Below, piece after piece: positions 17,984 to 26,207 of a stretch of 43,248 bases of DNA (position 1 is the first letter of the stretch; each line of letters opens with the position of its first letter). A model generated the notes under the pieces. That model was not told where the DNA came from. It saw only the letters and a program-made list of their open reading frames with translations, and searched no databases. The position numbers were made by a program, and so were the translations under genes. This DNA is from a virus (lineage: Duplodnaviria; Caudoviricetes): IMG/VR virus record IMGVR_UViG_3300014167_000005, positions 1 through 43,248 of that record; one strand, written 5' to 3'.

Positions 17984-18472
17984 TCATGGCACAAATTCTT
18001 CGGTCGGTGACTCGGAGGCGGGTGGTGTTTGCGCCTGCGTTGTAACACGCTTAAACGGAATCGTCAACAACGATACCGCTGGGTCTTTGTCCTCATACTT
18101 TTCAATAAAAAATGTGACCCAGGTGCTCTTAGGCGCGACGTGATGCCGATGTGCCAGGCCTCGAGTGAGGACATCTAGCTGTTCGCTCGCTGTCAGACGG
18201 ATGTCCACAACGCCATTTGAATGAACGTGACCGAGCTCCGTGTCACGGCAATTGAATTGAGTACCGCCGAGCGGATGCTTGGAGACTCTCACGTCGGGCC
18301 AATCCCGAACTGTCTTGATGAGCTCTTTGATACCGCGCGTTACGCTAGGAGCCGTCGCGAGAGTGAGAAGATCTAGGCTAAAGTCGAATGCTTGCGTAAG
18401 CAACCAGACGCGCCTGAACCCTGTAAACCGTCGTGTGACGAAACTAAACACTGTGAATCTTATGGATGGCAT
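17984..18472 (-). CDS. DUF5519 / luciferase-like family protein
   Basis: V.DWP.V....H.LGG.QF.....ELGHVH.NG.VDI......L...G.A..HHV.P.S.WV pattern. GAGGA RBS. Confidence 0.75.
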   Translation of the reverse strand: MPSIRFTVFSFVTRRFTGFRRVWLLTQAFDFSLDLLTLATAPSVTRGIKELIKTVRDWPDVRVSKHPLGGTQFNCRDTELGHVHSNGVVDIRLTASEQLDVLTRGLAHRHHVAPKSTWVTFFIEKYEDKDPAVSLLTIPFKRVTTQAQTPPASESPTEEFVP

Positions 18473-18811
18473 CGCCGTTCCTCACAATCGTACCGCATTG
18501 GTAGCCTATGTCTCGGGCGCTGCTCGTTCAGAGTTATCGTGTGCTCCGAATAGATGGCCCAGCATTTTCACCAAACCGGTGGCCACGCGGCGTACCTAGT
18601 GTCCTGGCTGTTGGGTGGTCCAGAGGGATGGAGGCGGAAACCAAGTCGGTCACAATTGCCGTGTGTTGACGCGGTTTTTAATGGCACCCCAGCTTTGGTG
18701 GCTTGCATTGGACACTGTGAAATCATGCGGCTGGGGAAGCCCGCCTGCGTCTCGCGCTCCATCAAGAGACTGTTAGGCAGGAGCCAATGGGCGCCTAAGC
18801 TACTGAAAGTA

Positions 18812-18856
18812 TGAAGCGGGAGACCGGGCTCGAACTTGCGGCGTCCAGCTTGGGAA
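18812..18856 (-). other. Decayed 3' half of tRNA-Gly(CCC); att-site-like scar
   Basis: Minus strand reads TTCCCAA-GCTGG-ACGCC-GCAAG-TTCGAGC-CCGGT-CTCCCGC-T-TCA: anticodon loop, T-loop and acceptor 3' strand of tRNA-Gly. No 5' half upstream; T-stem mismatched. Confidence 0.7.
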
Positions 18857-19056
18857 CTCGCTTTCAGCGAAGGCCAGCGTACCTGGCGGAAGGCGTTTGG
18901 ATTCCTGTCGATAGCGGCCCTTCGCACTGGCCATCGGAATAGATTCTCGCTGCCGACGCAGTGGTTACGAACCGCTTGGCAGTGCAGTCACCATCCCGCT
19001 TTTGTTTCTCAGGCGGCACCCAAACCTAATCTAATCGAGCCCATCCCTCCGCTTCC

Positions 19057-19085
19057 GCGGGAGCTCAAGATCACTCCCGTTTTTT
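19057..19085 (+). terminator. Rho-independent terminator
   Basis: GCGGGAG-10nt-CTCCCGT followed by TTTTT. Confidence 0.6.
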
Positions 19086-19088
19086 GCA

Positions 19089-19445
19089 ATGAGCTGGCAA
19101 GACCGAGTTGACGACATGCTGGAGACGCTGCTCGATCCGGACACCGGATTCGGCACCTCCTACGTTTACACCTTCAGCGGCGGCAGCACGCTCACTCTGT
19201 CTGGGTATTTCAACGCTGCTTACGAGAATGTCAAGCTCGACGGCTACGGCAGCACGATCACGACGGTCCACCCGGTGCTGGGCGTCCGGCTGGCGGATTT
19301 CGCCGGCACGGCGGGCCCGGTGCAGGATGACACCGTGGCTGTCAACGAAGTGAACTACGCGATCTGGGATGTGCAGCCGGACGAGCAGGGCGACGTGGTC
19401 AACAAGAACGGCGGCGCACTTCTCCTTTTGAAGAAACAACCCTGA
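19089..19445 (+). CDS. Head-tail joining protein (gpFII-like)
   Basis: FG..Y.YT...G....GYF, P.LGVRLADF...P.Q.D.V......Y.I.DVQPD pattern. First gene after the head module. Confidence 0.75.
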   Translation: MSWQDRVDDMLETLLDPDTGFGTSYVYTFSGGSTLTLSGYFNAAYENVKLDGYGSTITTVHPVLGVRLADFAGTAGPVQDDTVAVNEVNYAIWDVQPDEQGDVVNKNGGALLLLKKQP

Positions 19446-20011
19446 TGCCTACAGATCATCCCCGGTCTCTGATTCGGGACTACGTTGCAGCGGGCCTGGT
19501 GAACGCGTCAACGCTCGCTGGCGCCCAGGTTTTTGCAAACCGGATTGAACCGGTAGGCGATAACTGGTCGCCTGCGATCTTCGTCCACACGCCCAGCGAG
19601 TCAGTCGATCAGAAGGATTCGTGGGTATCAAATGATCCTGACTGCCCGGGCCGGCTGACTCGGGAGCTGGTGCTCGCGGTGGCCGGCATCATGGAGATGC
19701 CCCGCTCTGGCGTTCCGATCGACAGGCAGCTCGATCAGCTCGCATACCAGATCGAAGCATTCATGGATTCCGATCCGACACTGGGCGGCTTGGCTTCGAA
19801 GTCCCTGCTGCAGCGCACCTCAGTCACTCTCAAGCCCGGTGGAGTCGATGCCGTCGCGATGGTGCAACTCGTTTACACGGTCACGTACTACACAGAGACC
19901 ATCACAGATCCCCGTGTGGAGGGCGTCCCGCCCACGAAGGTCTTTGTCGGCATTGCGCCGGACATCGGCGCTGCCAATCAGGCGGATTACATCGAAGTGG
20001 TGGGCAGCTAA
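19445..20011 (+). CDS. Tail terminator/completion protein (lambda gpU-like)
   Basis: HPR..IR..V...L, PAI.V.T..E, LD.LA..IE.....DPTLGGLA and Y.VTY pattern. Confidence 0.75.
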   Translation: MPTDHPRSLIRDYVAAGLVNASTLAGAQVFANRIEPVGDNWSPAIFVHTPSESVDQKDSWVSNDPDCPGRLTRELVLAVAGIMEMPRSGVPIDRQLDQLAYQIEAFMDSDPTLGGLASKSLLQRTSVTLKPGGVDAVAMVQLVYTVTYYTETITDPRVEGVPPTKVFVGIAPDIGAANQADYIEVVGS

Positions 20012-20014
20012 GGC

Positions 20015-20635
20015 GTGCTGGACCTTCTGATTCAACGCGGCGCCAGGACCGGCGATCTGCAGGATCCGGACACCGCGCGGCTCAACCATCAGGTGAGCAA
20101 TCTGATTCATCGCGGCCTGGTCATCTCTGTGGACCTCGAAAACGCTCTGGCGACCGTGCAAGTGGGAGAGGTGCAAACCGCGCCTCTTCCCTGGCTGACG
20201 GCGCGCGCCGGCGGCGATGTGACCTGGTGGGCGCCGGAGGCCGGTGAGCATGTGGCGATCCTGTGCCCCGGTGGAAGCCTGTCGCAGGGCGTGATTATCG
20301 GCTCGCTCTACTCCGGCTCGAAGCCGGCGCCATCTCAAAGCGCGGATCAGAACGTCACGAAATACTCCGACGGGACGACGATCACTTATGACCGCGCGGC
20401 GCACGCCTTCACTGTTCAGGCGGTGGGCGCGGTGACGATCAATATTCAGGGCAACGCCACGGTCACCGCGCAGGCGGTCACGATGAATGTGCAGGGCGGC
20501 ATGACGCTTGCCGGCGCACTGACTCTCAATGGCGATCTAACGTTGAACGGGAAGGTGGCCGGCACGCTGAAGGTGGCCGGCGATGTGCGCGCCACCGGCT
20601 CGGTAGCGCAGTCGGTTCCGCCGTCGCAATTATGA
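20015..20635 (+). CDS. Baseplate assembly/spike protein V
   Basis: LPWLTARAG....WWAP..GE.V..L.PGG....G.I OB-fold, YSDGT.I.YD, beta-helix repeats. Confidence 0.9.
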   Translation: MLDLLIQRGARTGDLQDPDTARLNHQVSNLIHRGLVISVDLENALATVQVGEVQTAPLPWLTARAGGDVTWWAPEAGEHVAILCPGGSLSQGVIIGSLYSGSKPAPSQSADQNVTKYSDGTTITYDRAAHAFTVQAVGAVTINIQGNATVTAQAVTMNVQGGMTLAGALTLNGDLTLNGKVAGTLKVAGDVRATGSVAQSVPPSQL

Positions 20636-20973
20636 TCGGCATGAATGTCGACACCGGCGCAGAGCTGGCCGGCCTCAGCCATCTCGAGCAGAGCATCCGC
20701 GACATCCTCCTGACGCCGAAGCTCAGCCGGGTGATGTTGCGCGACTACGGCTCGAATCTCTTTTCGCTGGTTGACCAGCCGCTTAACGAAAGCACCAAGA
20801 TGGCGATCACGGCGGCCACTGTAGGCGCGCTTTCCACCTGGGAGCCGCGGATTCAGGTGCAGAGCGTAACGGTCGCGGCGGACCCGGCGAACGGTTCCAT
20901 CTCCATCAATCTGACTGCGCTGTATTTGCCGGATGGGCAAGTCATCAACATTGAGGGCCTGAAACTTTCATGA
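20632..20973 (+). CDS. Baseplate wedge protein W (gpW/gp25 family)
   Basis: GM...TG..L....HL.QSI.DIL.TP..SRVM.RDYGS, WEPRI. Confidence 0.93.
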   Translation: MIGMNVDTGAELAGLSHLEQSIRDILLTPKLSRVMLRDYGSNLFSLVDQPLNESTKMAITAATVGALSTWEPRIQVQSVTVAADPANGSISINLTALYLPDGQVINIEGLKLS

Positions 20974-21851
20974 GCCGCTTCAACCTGATCGACCTTTCGA
21001 CGCTCACTCCGCCGGACGTGGTGGAGACGATCGACTTCGAGTCGATCAAGCTCGACATTCTGCAGGACCTGGTGACGCGCGATCCCTCGTTTTCCGCGCT
21101 GCTCGAGTCGGATCCGGCAGTGAAGCTGGTGGAGGCCTTCGCCTACCGGGAGATGCTCTTGCGCCAGCGGATCAACGACGCCGCGAACGCCAACATGCTG
21201 GCCACCGCGCTGGGCTCGGACCTGGACAATCTGGCGGCGCTGTTCGGCGTCCAGCGCATGACGTTCACGGATGCGCAGGGCAACGTGACGACAGAGACGG
21301 ACGACCGGCTGCGCCTGCGCGCGCAACTCGCACCGGATGCTTTCTCATGCGCCGGCCCGGGGAACGCCTACATCTACTTTGCGTTCTCGGCCGACCTGCG
21401 CGTGGCGGACGCCAGTGCGTTCTCGCCGGCGCCAGGTAATGTCGTTGTGACCATCTACAGCACCGATAACGGCGGCGCTGCTTCGCCGGACCTGCTGGCC
21501 GTGGTGTCTGCCGCGCTCAACGCGGATGACGTCCGGCCGCTGACCGATGTGGTGGAGGTGCAGGCGGCACAGAGCCAACATTATTTAATAGCGGCCACCG
21601 TGACGCTCTACCCCGGACCGGACGCGAGTGCCGTCACAACGGCGATCACCAACGCGCTCACGGCCTACACGCAGAACGTACAACGGCTGGGCTACGGCAT
21701 CACGCTCGCCGGCATGTACGGCGCTCTCGACCAGGCCGGTGTCCAAAACGCGACAATTCAGGCGCCGGTGAGCGACGTTGCTGGTGATCCGTACAAGATC
21801 AACGTCTGTGACGCGGTGACCGTCACCATTGCGCCAGCGAGGACGGAATGA
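20970..21851 (+). CDS. Baseplate J protein
   Basis: IDLS.L..PDVVE.IDFE, LESDP..KL, RQRINDAA, ETDDRLR.R, AGP..AY, VRPLTD.V. Confidence 0.95.
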   Translation: MSRFNLIDLSTLTPPDVVETIDFESIKLDILQDLVTRDPSFSALLESDPAVKLVEAFAYREMLLRQRINDAANANMLATALGSDLDNLAALFGVQRMTFTDAQGNVTTETDDRLRLRAQLAPDAFSCAGPGNAYIYFAFSADLRVADASAFSPAPGNVVVTIYSTDNGGAASPDLLAVVSAALNADDVRPLTDVVEVQAAQSQHYLIAATVTLYPGPDASAVTTAITNALTAYTQNVQRLGYGITLAGMYGALDQAGVQNATIQAPVSDVAGDPYKINVCDAVTVTIAPARTE

Positions 21852-23068
21852 GCACGACACCCTCGCTGCCCCCGTCCGTGTTGCCACCCAATGCGACGCC
21901 GGTCGAGAGGAACATTGAGAGCGCGGGATGGCGCCTCGGCGACGACGGTCCGGTGGGCATCCGCGCACTGTGGAATCCGCAGACAATCCCCGCGGCGTTG
22001 TTGCCCTGGCTCGCCTGGGCGTTGGGCGTCGATGCGTGGGACGCCGCGTGGGATGAGGCGAAGAAGCGCGAAGTAGTTGGCTCTGCCCTCGCGGATCACC
22101 GGGTCGACGGGACACTCGCTGGTGTTCGACGGGTGACCGGGCTTTATGGTGGCACGGTGACGAACGTCGTCCGGCCACCCTGCCAGCTTTACTATGGCGC
22201 GGCGCAAACGCAGGCAGAGAAGGACGCGGCGCTGGCTGTCTATCCGCAACTGATCCTGCGCACCGACTGCGATCCGTTCGCGGTTCCGGATGGTGCGACG
22301 TTCGCCGGCCGGTTCATGGGCCACTGTTATGGCGTCGACCTGGGCGCGGCGGAACGAGCACTGCCGCAGGCGTTCATTGAGGATCAGGGATCGACCACTC
22401 AATGCGCAGTTTCGGAGTGGACTGCTGCCGGTGTGGCCTACTTGCAGATCCAAGTGCCAATCCGTAATCCGCACGGAACCTACGCTGGCGGCTTTCCGAG
22501 ATTCGGCACTGCTGTAGATGCGCCGGTTTACCTGCTGCAACTCATGCAAAGTTACGCGGGGCCCGGGCTGGGCGTCAATTACAAGCTCGTCGACGCCGGC
22601 GTGGATCCGACGCAGGTCTTTCCCGACTGGATTTCGGAGACTTACCCGGCGCAAAGCATCTTTCCGGGGCTCGGCTTCGCGGGCGCGGGGCTGTACTGGC
22701 GTGGATCGGAGGCGGCCAGCCACGTGCACGCCCGGCTGTATCTCTTCGATTCCACCCGGACGCTCGAGGCCGGTGGCAAGAGCTTCTTTGTCGATGCCGT
22801 GCACACCGGCGTCCAACCGCACACGGCGCAGATCCGGGCCTGGTTCCCGTTGCAGCGCTCGCCATGGGCGCCCACCTACTTTGGCCAGGGGTTTTTTGTT
22901 GCGGAGGATTACGAGTGGCTGACGCGCTATTGCGACAGCCTGGCGCGCTGTGCCTCGCTCCGGGACACATTGCTCGTCGATACCCGCAACTATGCGGTCG
23001 TAACTTGCGGACGCCAGGCGCAGTGTGGTCGGGCGACGATGTGCGGCGCGATGCTGCCGCGTGAGTGA
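21848..23068 (+). CDS. Tail protein I (P2 gpI-like) with long C-terminal extension
   Basis: LPPNATP.ER, LWNP...P..LLPWLAWA..VD.WD..W....KR, H...GT..GV, then about 290 extra residues. Confidence 0.85.
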   Translation: MSTTPSLPPSVLPPNATPVERNIESAGWRLGDDGPVGIRALWNPQTIPAALLPWLAWALGVDAWDAAWDEAKKREVVGSALADHRVDGTLAGVRRVTGLYGGTVTNVVRPPCQLYYGAAQTQAEKDAALAVYPQLILRTDCDPFAVPDGATFAGRFMGHCYGVDLGAAERALPQAFIEDQGSTTQCAVSEWTAAGVAYLQIQVPIRNPHGTYAGGFPRFGTAVDAPVYLLQLMQSYAGPGLGVNYKLVDAGVDPTQVFPDWISETYPAQSIFPGLGFAGAGLYWRGSEAASHVHARLYLFDSTRTLEAGGKSFFVDAVHTGVQPHTAQIRAWFPLQRSPWAPTYFGQGFFVAEDYEWLTRYCDSLARCASLRDTLLVDTRNYAVVTCGRQAQCGRATMCGAMLPRE

Positions 23069-23083
23069 GTAAAGAGAGATCCG

Positions 23084-25288
23084 ATGGAACAACAATTCAA
23101 CTTTCAGCAAAACATGGACTTCCAGGTGCAGGACTTCATTGACTTGCAGCAGTGGACCTCGGACGGCATCGACCACATTGCGCTGGACGCGATCGCCCCG
23201 GCTGGCATGTACTTCACCGGGCTCGCCGCCACCCAAAATGGCCAGACCCAGGTGAATGTGGCTCCCGGCCGTCTTTACGCGCAGGGCACCAATCCTTCGG
23301 GCAGCGCCGGCTTGTGGGTGTATCAGTACCCCACGGCGACCACCAATTCCCTGCAGGCCATGCTGCCGCTGAACAATCCGAAGCTCATCGCGCTCATCGC
23401 CTGGGGCTCGGTCGATGCGAATGCCGATGTGGAGCCGCGCTCGTTTCTGGTGAATGCACAGACCGGTCTGGCGCAGACGCAGTCGACCGCTCTGCAGACC
23501 GTCCGCACTTGCAATCTGCAGTTTGTCGCCGGCGTCGAGTCGCCGGTGCCGCAGTTGCCGACAATTCCGGCGAATGCCCTGCTCATCGCGACCATCACGA
23601 TTTCTCCGACCGGCATCACCGGGGTTGCCATGCAGTCGGGCAACATCCTGCCCAACCTGGCGAGCCACGAATCCCGCGTTACGACGCTCGAAAGTACGAG
23701 CACACAGGTGCAACTCAAGACCTCGTCGCTCGCCACCGATCTGAGCGCGCTCGCGGCGAAGACCAACGGCATGGCCTCGTTGAGTTTGGTGACGCAGATG
23801 GCGGCTGATCTCGCGCGCACGAAGGCGAAACTCAACCTGCCGTCTTCCTTTTCCTCGTACGAATCCAGTTTCTTCGGCGATCTGACGAAGAGTAATCCGG
23901 CTGCGACCGGCTATACCGCCAAAATCAGCAACGGGCTGGTCTTCCCCGATGCTGCGAGCGGCACATTCCCGTTCGATCTGTTCAACCCGATCGACTCGAG
24001 CGTGGTCAAGAGCGCGCGTGGCCTGATTCTGCCGGCATACACGAGCGTCCCGCGCATTCAGACCACGGGCTACTCCGGCGATCTCTCGCTGTCGCAGTAT
24101 CAGGTGCAGAGCCAGACCCTGGTCCAGCAGCAGGAAACGGTCTGGCAGTATCGGTACGGCTGGTGCTGGAATTATTACCCCGGCTGGTATCAAGGGCAGT
24201 TCTGGAATTATTACAACCAGTACTACGCCTACAACCTGCAGGGCGGCTACTGGTACGCCTACACCCAGACGAGCTACGCGCTGCAAACCTCCACGACCTC
24301 GATCAACGGTGCCATGGTGGCGCAGACCTTCCTGGTTTCCAACGCCATGTGGCTCACGGCCTTGGATCTGTTCCTGACCTCCGTGGCATCGACCGGCGAT
24401 ATCACCGTTGCGGTGACGAAGACCCTGGCGGGTCAACCCGACCTGACGAATACGATCGCCACGGTGAACGTCCCCGTCGGGACACTGAACACTTATCCGA
24501 AGGCGACGAACATCCCGATCCCGGCCGTGCTGCTTGAAGCCGGCACGCGCTACGCGCTGGTGCTGATCACACAGGGCAACCACCGCGTGGCGGTGGTGAG
24601 CGGGAACAACTACACCAACGGCACGATTTTCTATTCGACCGATGGCGCATATTTCACCGGCGATCTGACCAAGGATCTGATGTTCACGCTGTACGGCGCG
24701 CAGTTCACCAACGCTCTGTCCCAGGTCCAACTGCAGCCCGTCTCGCTGGCCGGCGGCCTCACGGATCTCGCCATCAACGTTTCTCAGGTCACGCCGCAGG
24801 GTACCAGCCTGCAGATTCAGTTCCAGGTCAACGGCCAGTGGTACAACCTGGGCGACACCACCGCGCCTCTGAACGCTGCTCCACAACTCGTGCCGCTGCG
24901 GGCCGTCTTCCTGGGCACCTCGGACCTGGCGCCGGCCGTGCTCGCGACCACGACCGGCGTTGTGGTTTCCCGGCCGGCACTGGCGTTCAATCACACGAGC
25001 GAGTTGCGGACGATCTCGCCCGCGAGTACCAACATTCAGGTTCAGGTGGTCGTCGTCGGTTACAACGCGGCCGTGCACACGCTCACTTGCACGCTCGCGA
25101 ACGGCGGGAACACGATCACGCCTTCGGTGACCAGCTCCGCACTGGAGCCCGATGGCGTGGGCTTGCGGTTCACGTTTAAGTTCACCCCGGGCACGGGAAT
25201 TACCACATACAGCATCAACACCCAGGGCACGCGGCAATCCACCGCCGCGCCATTCCAGGTCGTTGAGCGCACCGACGTTGCGCAGTAA
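23084..25288 (+). CDS. Large baseplate/tail-fibre-proximal structural protein
   Basis: 734 aa after gpI. Beta-rich with central coiled coil, AQTF...LT.LDLF, LEAGTRYALVL and DLMF.LY motifs seen in phage virion proteins. Confidence 0.7.
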   Translation: MEQQFNFQQNMDFQVQDFIDLQQWTSDGIDHIALDAIAPAGMYFTGLAATQNGQTQVNVAPGRLYAQGTNPSGSAGLWVYQYPTATTNSLQAMLPLNNPKLIALIAWGSVDANADVEPRSFLVNAQTGLAQTQSTALQTVRTCNLQFVAGVESPVPQLPTIPANALLIATITISPTGITGVAMQSGNILPNLASHESRVTTLESTSTQVQLKTSSLATDLSALAAKTNGMASLSLVTQMAADLARTKAKLNLPSSFSSYESSFFGDLTKSNPAATGYTAKISNGLVFPDAASGTFPFDLFNPIDSSVVKSARGLILPAYTSVPRIQTTGYSGDLSLSQYQVQSQTLVQQQETVWQYRYGWCWNYYPGWYQGQFWNYYNQYYAYNLQGGYWYAYTQTSYALQTSTTSINGAMVAQTFLVSNAMWLTALDLFLTSVASTGDITVAVTKTLAGQPDLTNTIATVNVPVGTLNTYPKATNIPIPAVLLEAGTRYALVLITQGNHRVAVVSGNNYTNGTIFYSTDGAYFTGDLTKDLMFTLYGAQFTNALSQVQLQPVSLAGGLTDLAINVSQVTPQGTSLQIQFQVNGQWYNLGDTTAPLNAAPQLVPLRAVFLGTSDLAPAVLATTTGVVVSRPALAFNHTSELRTISPASTNIQVQVVVVGYNAAVHTLTCTLANGGNTITPSVTSSALEPDGVGLRFTFKFTPGTGITTYSINTQGTRQSTAAPFQVVERTDVAQ

Positions 25289-25300
25289 CAGGAGGTCTTC

Positions 25301-25492
25301 ATGCCAACAACTACTGAACAGAAATCCAGCGAGGCGCCCGCTATTGATCCTGGCGCCCAGTATGTCGTGCATCTCGCGGAGACCGTGGAGGTGCTGGGCG
25401 AGCGCCTGTATCCGGGCCGGGAGTATCGCCTCCGCGGGGATGTACTGATTCCGATCCAGGCGAGCGTCCAGGATGCCACTCAGCTTCGATAA
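25301..25492 (+). CDS. Small hypothetical tail-associated protein
   Basis: AGGAGG RBS, 63 aa, in the operon. Confidence 0.65.
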   Translation: MPTTTEQKSSEAPAIDPGAQYVVHLAETVEVLGERLYPGREYRLRGDVLIPIQASVQDATQLR

Positions 25493-26207
25493 ATACCGCT
25501 TCACGGACGGTCAGACGCCACTGAGCGCGGGGACTTTCAACCCGCGCTTCCAGGATTTGGACACGCGCATTGCGGCGCTGGAAGCGCTCAATATCGCCTG
25601 GCAAGCGGCCGTGCAGGAGTTGACCGACTTCGGTCTTGCCCGGCTCGACTCCGTGCTGAGCCCAACCTTCGACACGCTTAATCAGGATGTGGCGAATGCT
25701 GCCACCAGCGTCACTGCCATCACCCAGTCGCAGGCGGACGCGTTGGCCGCCGTAGCCGCGTGGCAGGCCAGCACGCTGGCCTTCATCACTGCATGGGAGA
25801 CATCGCTCCAGTCAACGGCGCTGGCTGTCTTAAACACGACGGCGATCGTGGCAGGCAACGGCCAGGGTGGTTTTGCGCCCGTGACCGTCGGCGCAGGGCT
25901 CAGCTACGCGAACGGCACGCTGAGCGCGCCCACGCTTGCCTGGAACACGCGCACGGTTTCGTTCACCGCGGCGCTCCAAAACGGCTACTACGTGACCGTG
26001 CCTGGAGTCGTCGCAACACTGCCGGCAGGAACGGCCGATGGCGACCAGGTGCTCTTCATCAGCGGGCTCAGCGGGACGAGCACGTTCACCATCGTGCCGG
26101 CGTCGGGCCAGACCATCATGGGCGATACTTCGCTCGTCGTTGATCGCGCGAATGCCGGATTGGCACTGATCTATTTCGCCGCCACGGCTGACTGGAGACT
26201 CTTCTGA
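25473..26207 (+). CDS. Tail fibre/adaptor protein
   Basis: N-terminal coiled coil. C-terminal TA....Y.V....ATLP.....GD.V.F......TI......I.G...L.V.......LIY.....W module like T4 gp9/gp10/gp34 repeats. Confidence 0.65.
   Translation: MPLSFDKYRFTDGQTPLSAGTFNPRFQDLDTRIAALEALNIAWQAAVQELTDFGLARLDSVLSPTFDTLNQDVANAATSVTAITQSQADALAAVAAWQASTLAFITAWETSLQSTALAVLNTTAIVAGNGQGGFAPVTVGAGLSYANGTLSAPTLAWNTRTVSFTAALQNGYYVTVPGVVATLPAGTADGDQVLFISGLSGTSTFTIVPASGQTIMGDTSLVVDRANAGLALIYFAATADWRLF

Noticed and set aside
18812-18890. Functional tRNA-Gly gene
   Set aside because: No acceptor 5' strand, D-arm or anticodon 5' stem; T-stem has mismatches; end is TCA.
18554-19111. Short ORFs on both strands upstream of the cassette
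   Set aside because: No RBS, motif or coding-like composition recognised; they overlap the tRNA scar.
21758-25504. 1248-aa minus-strand ORF
   Set aside because: Antisense shadow of GC-rich tail genes; Arg/Gly-rich with no motifs.
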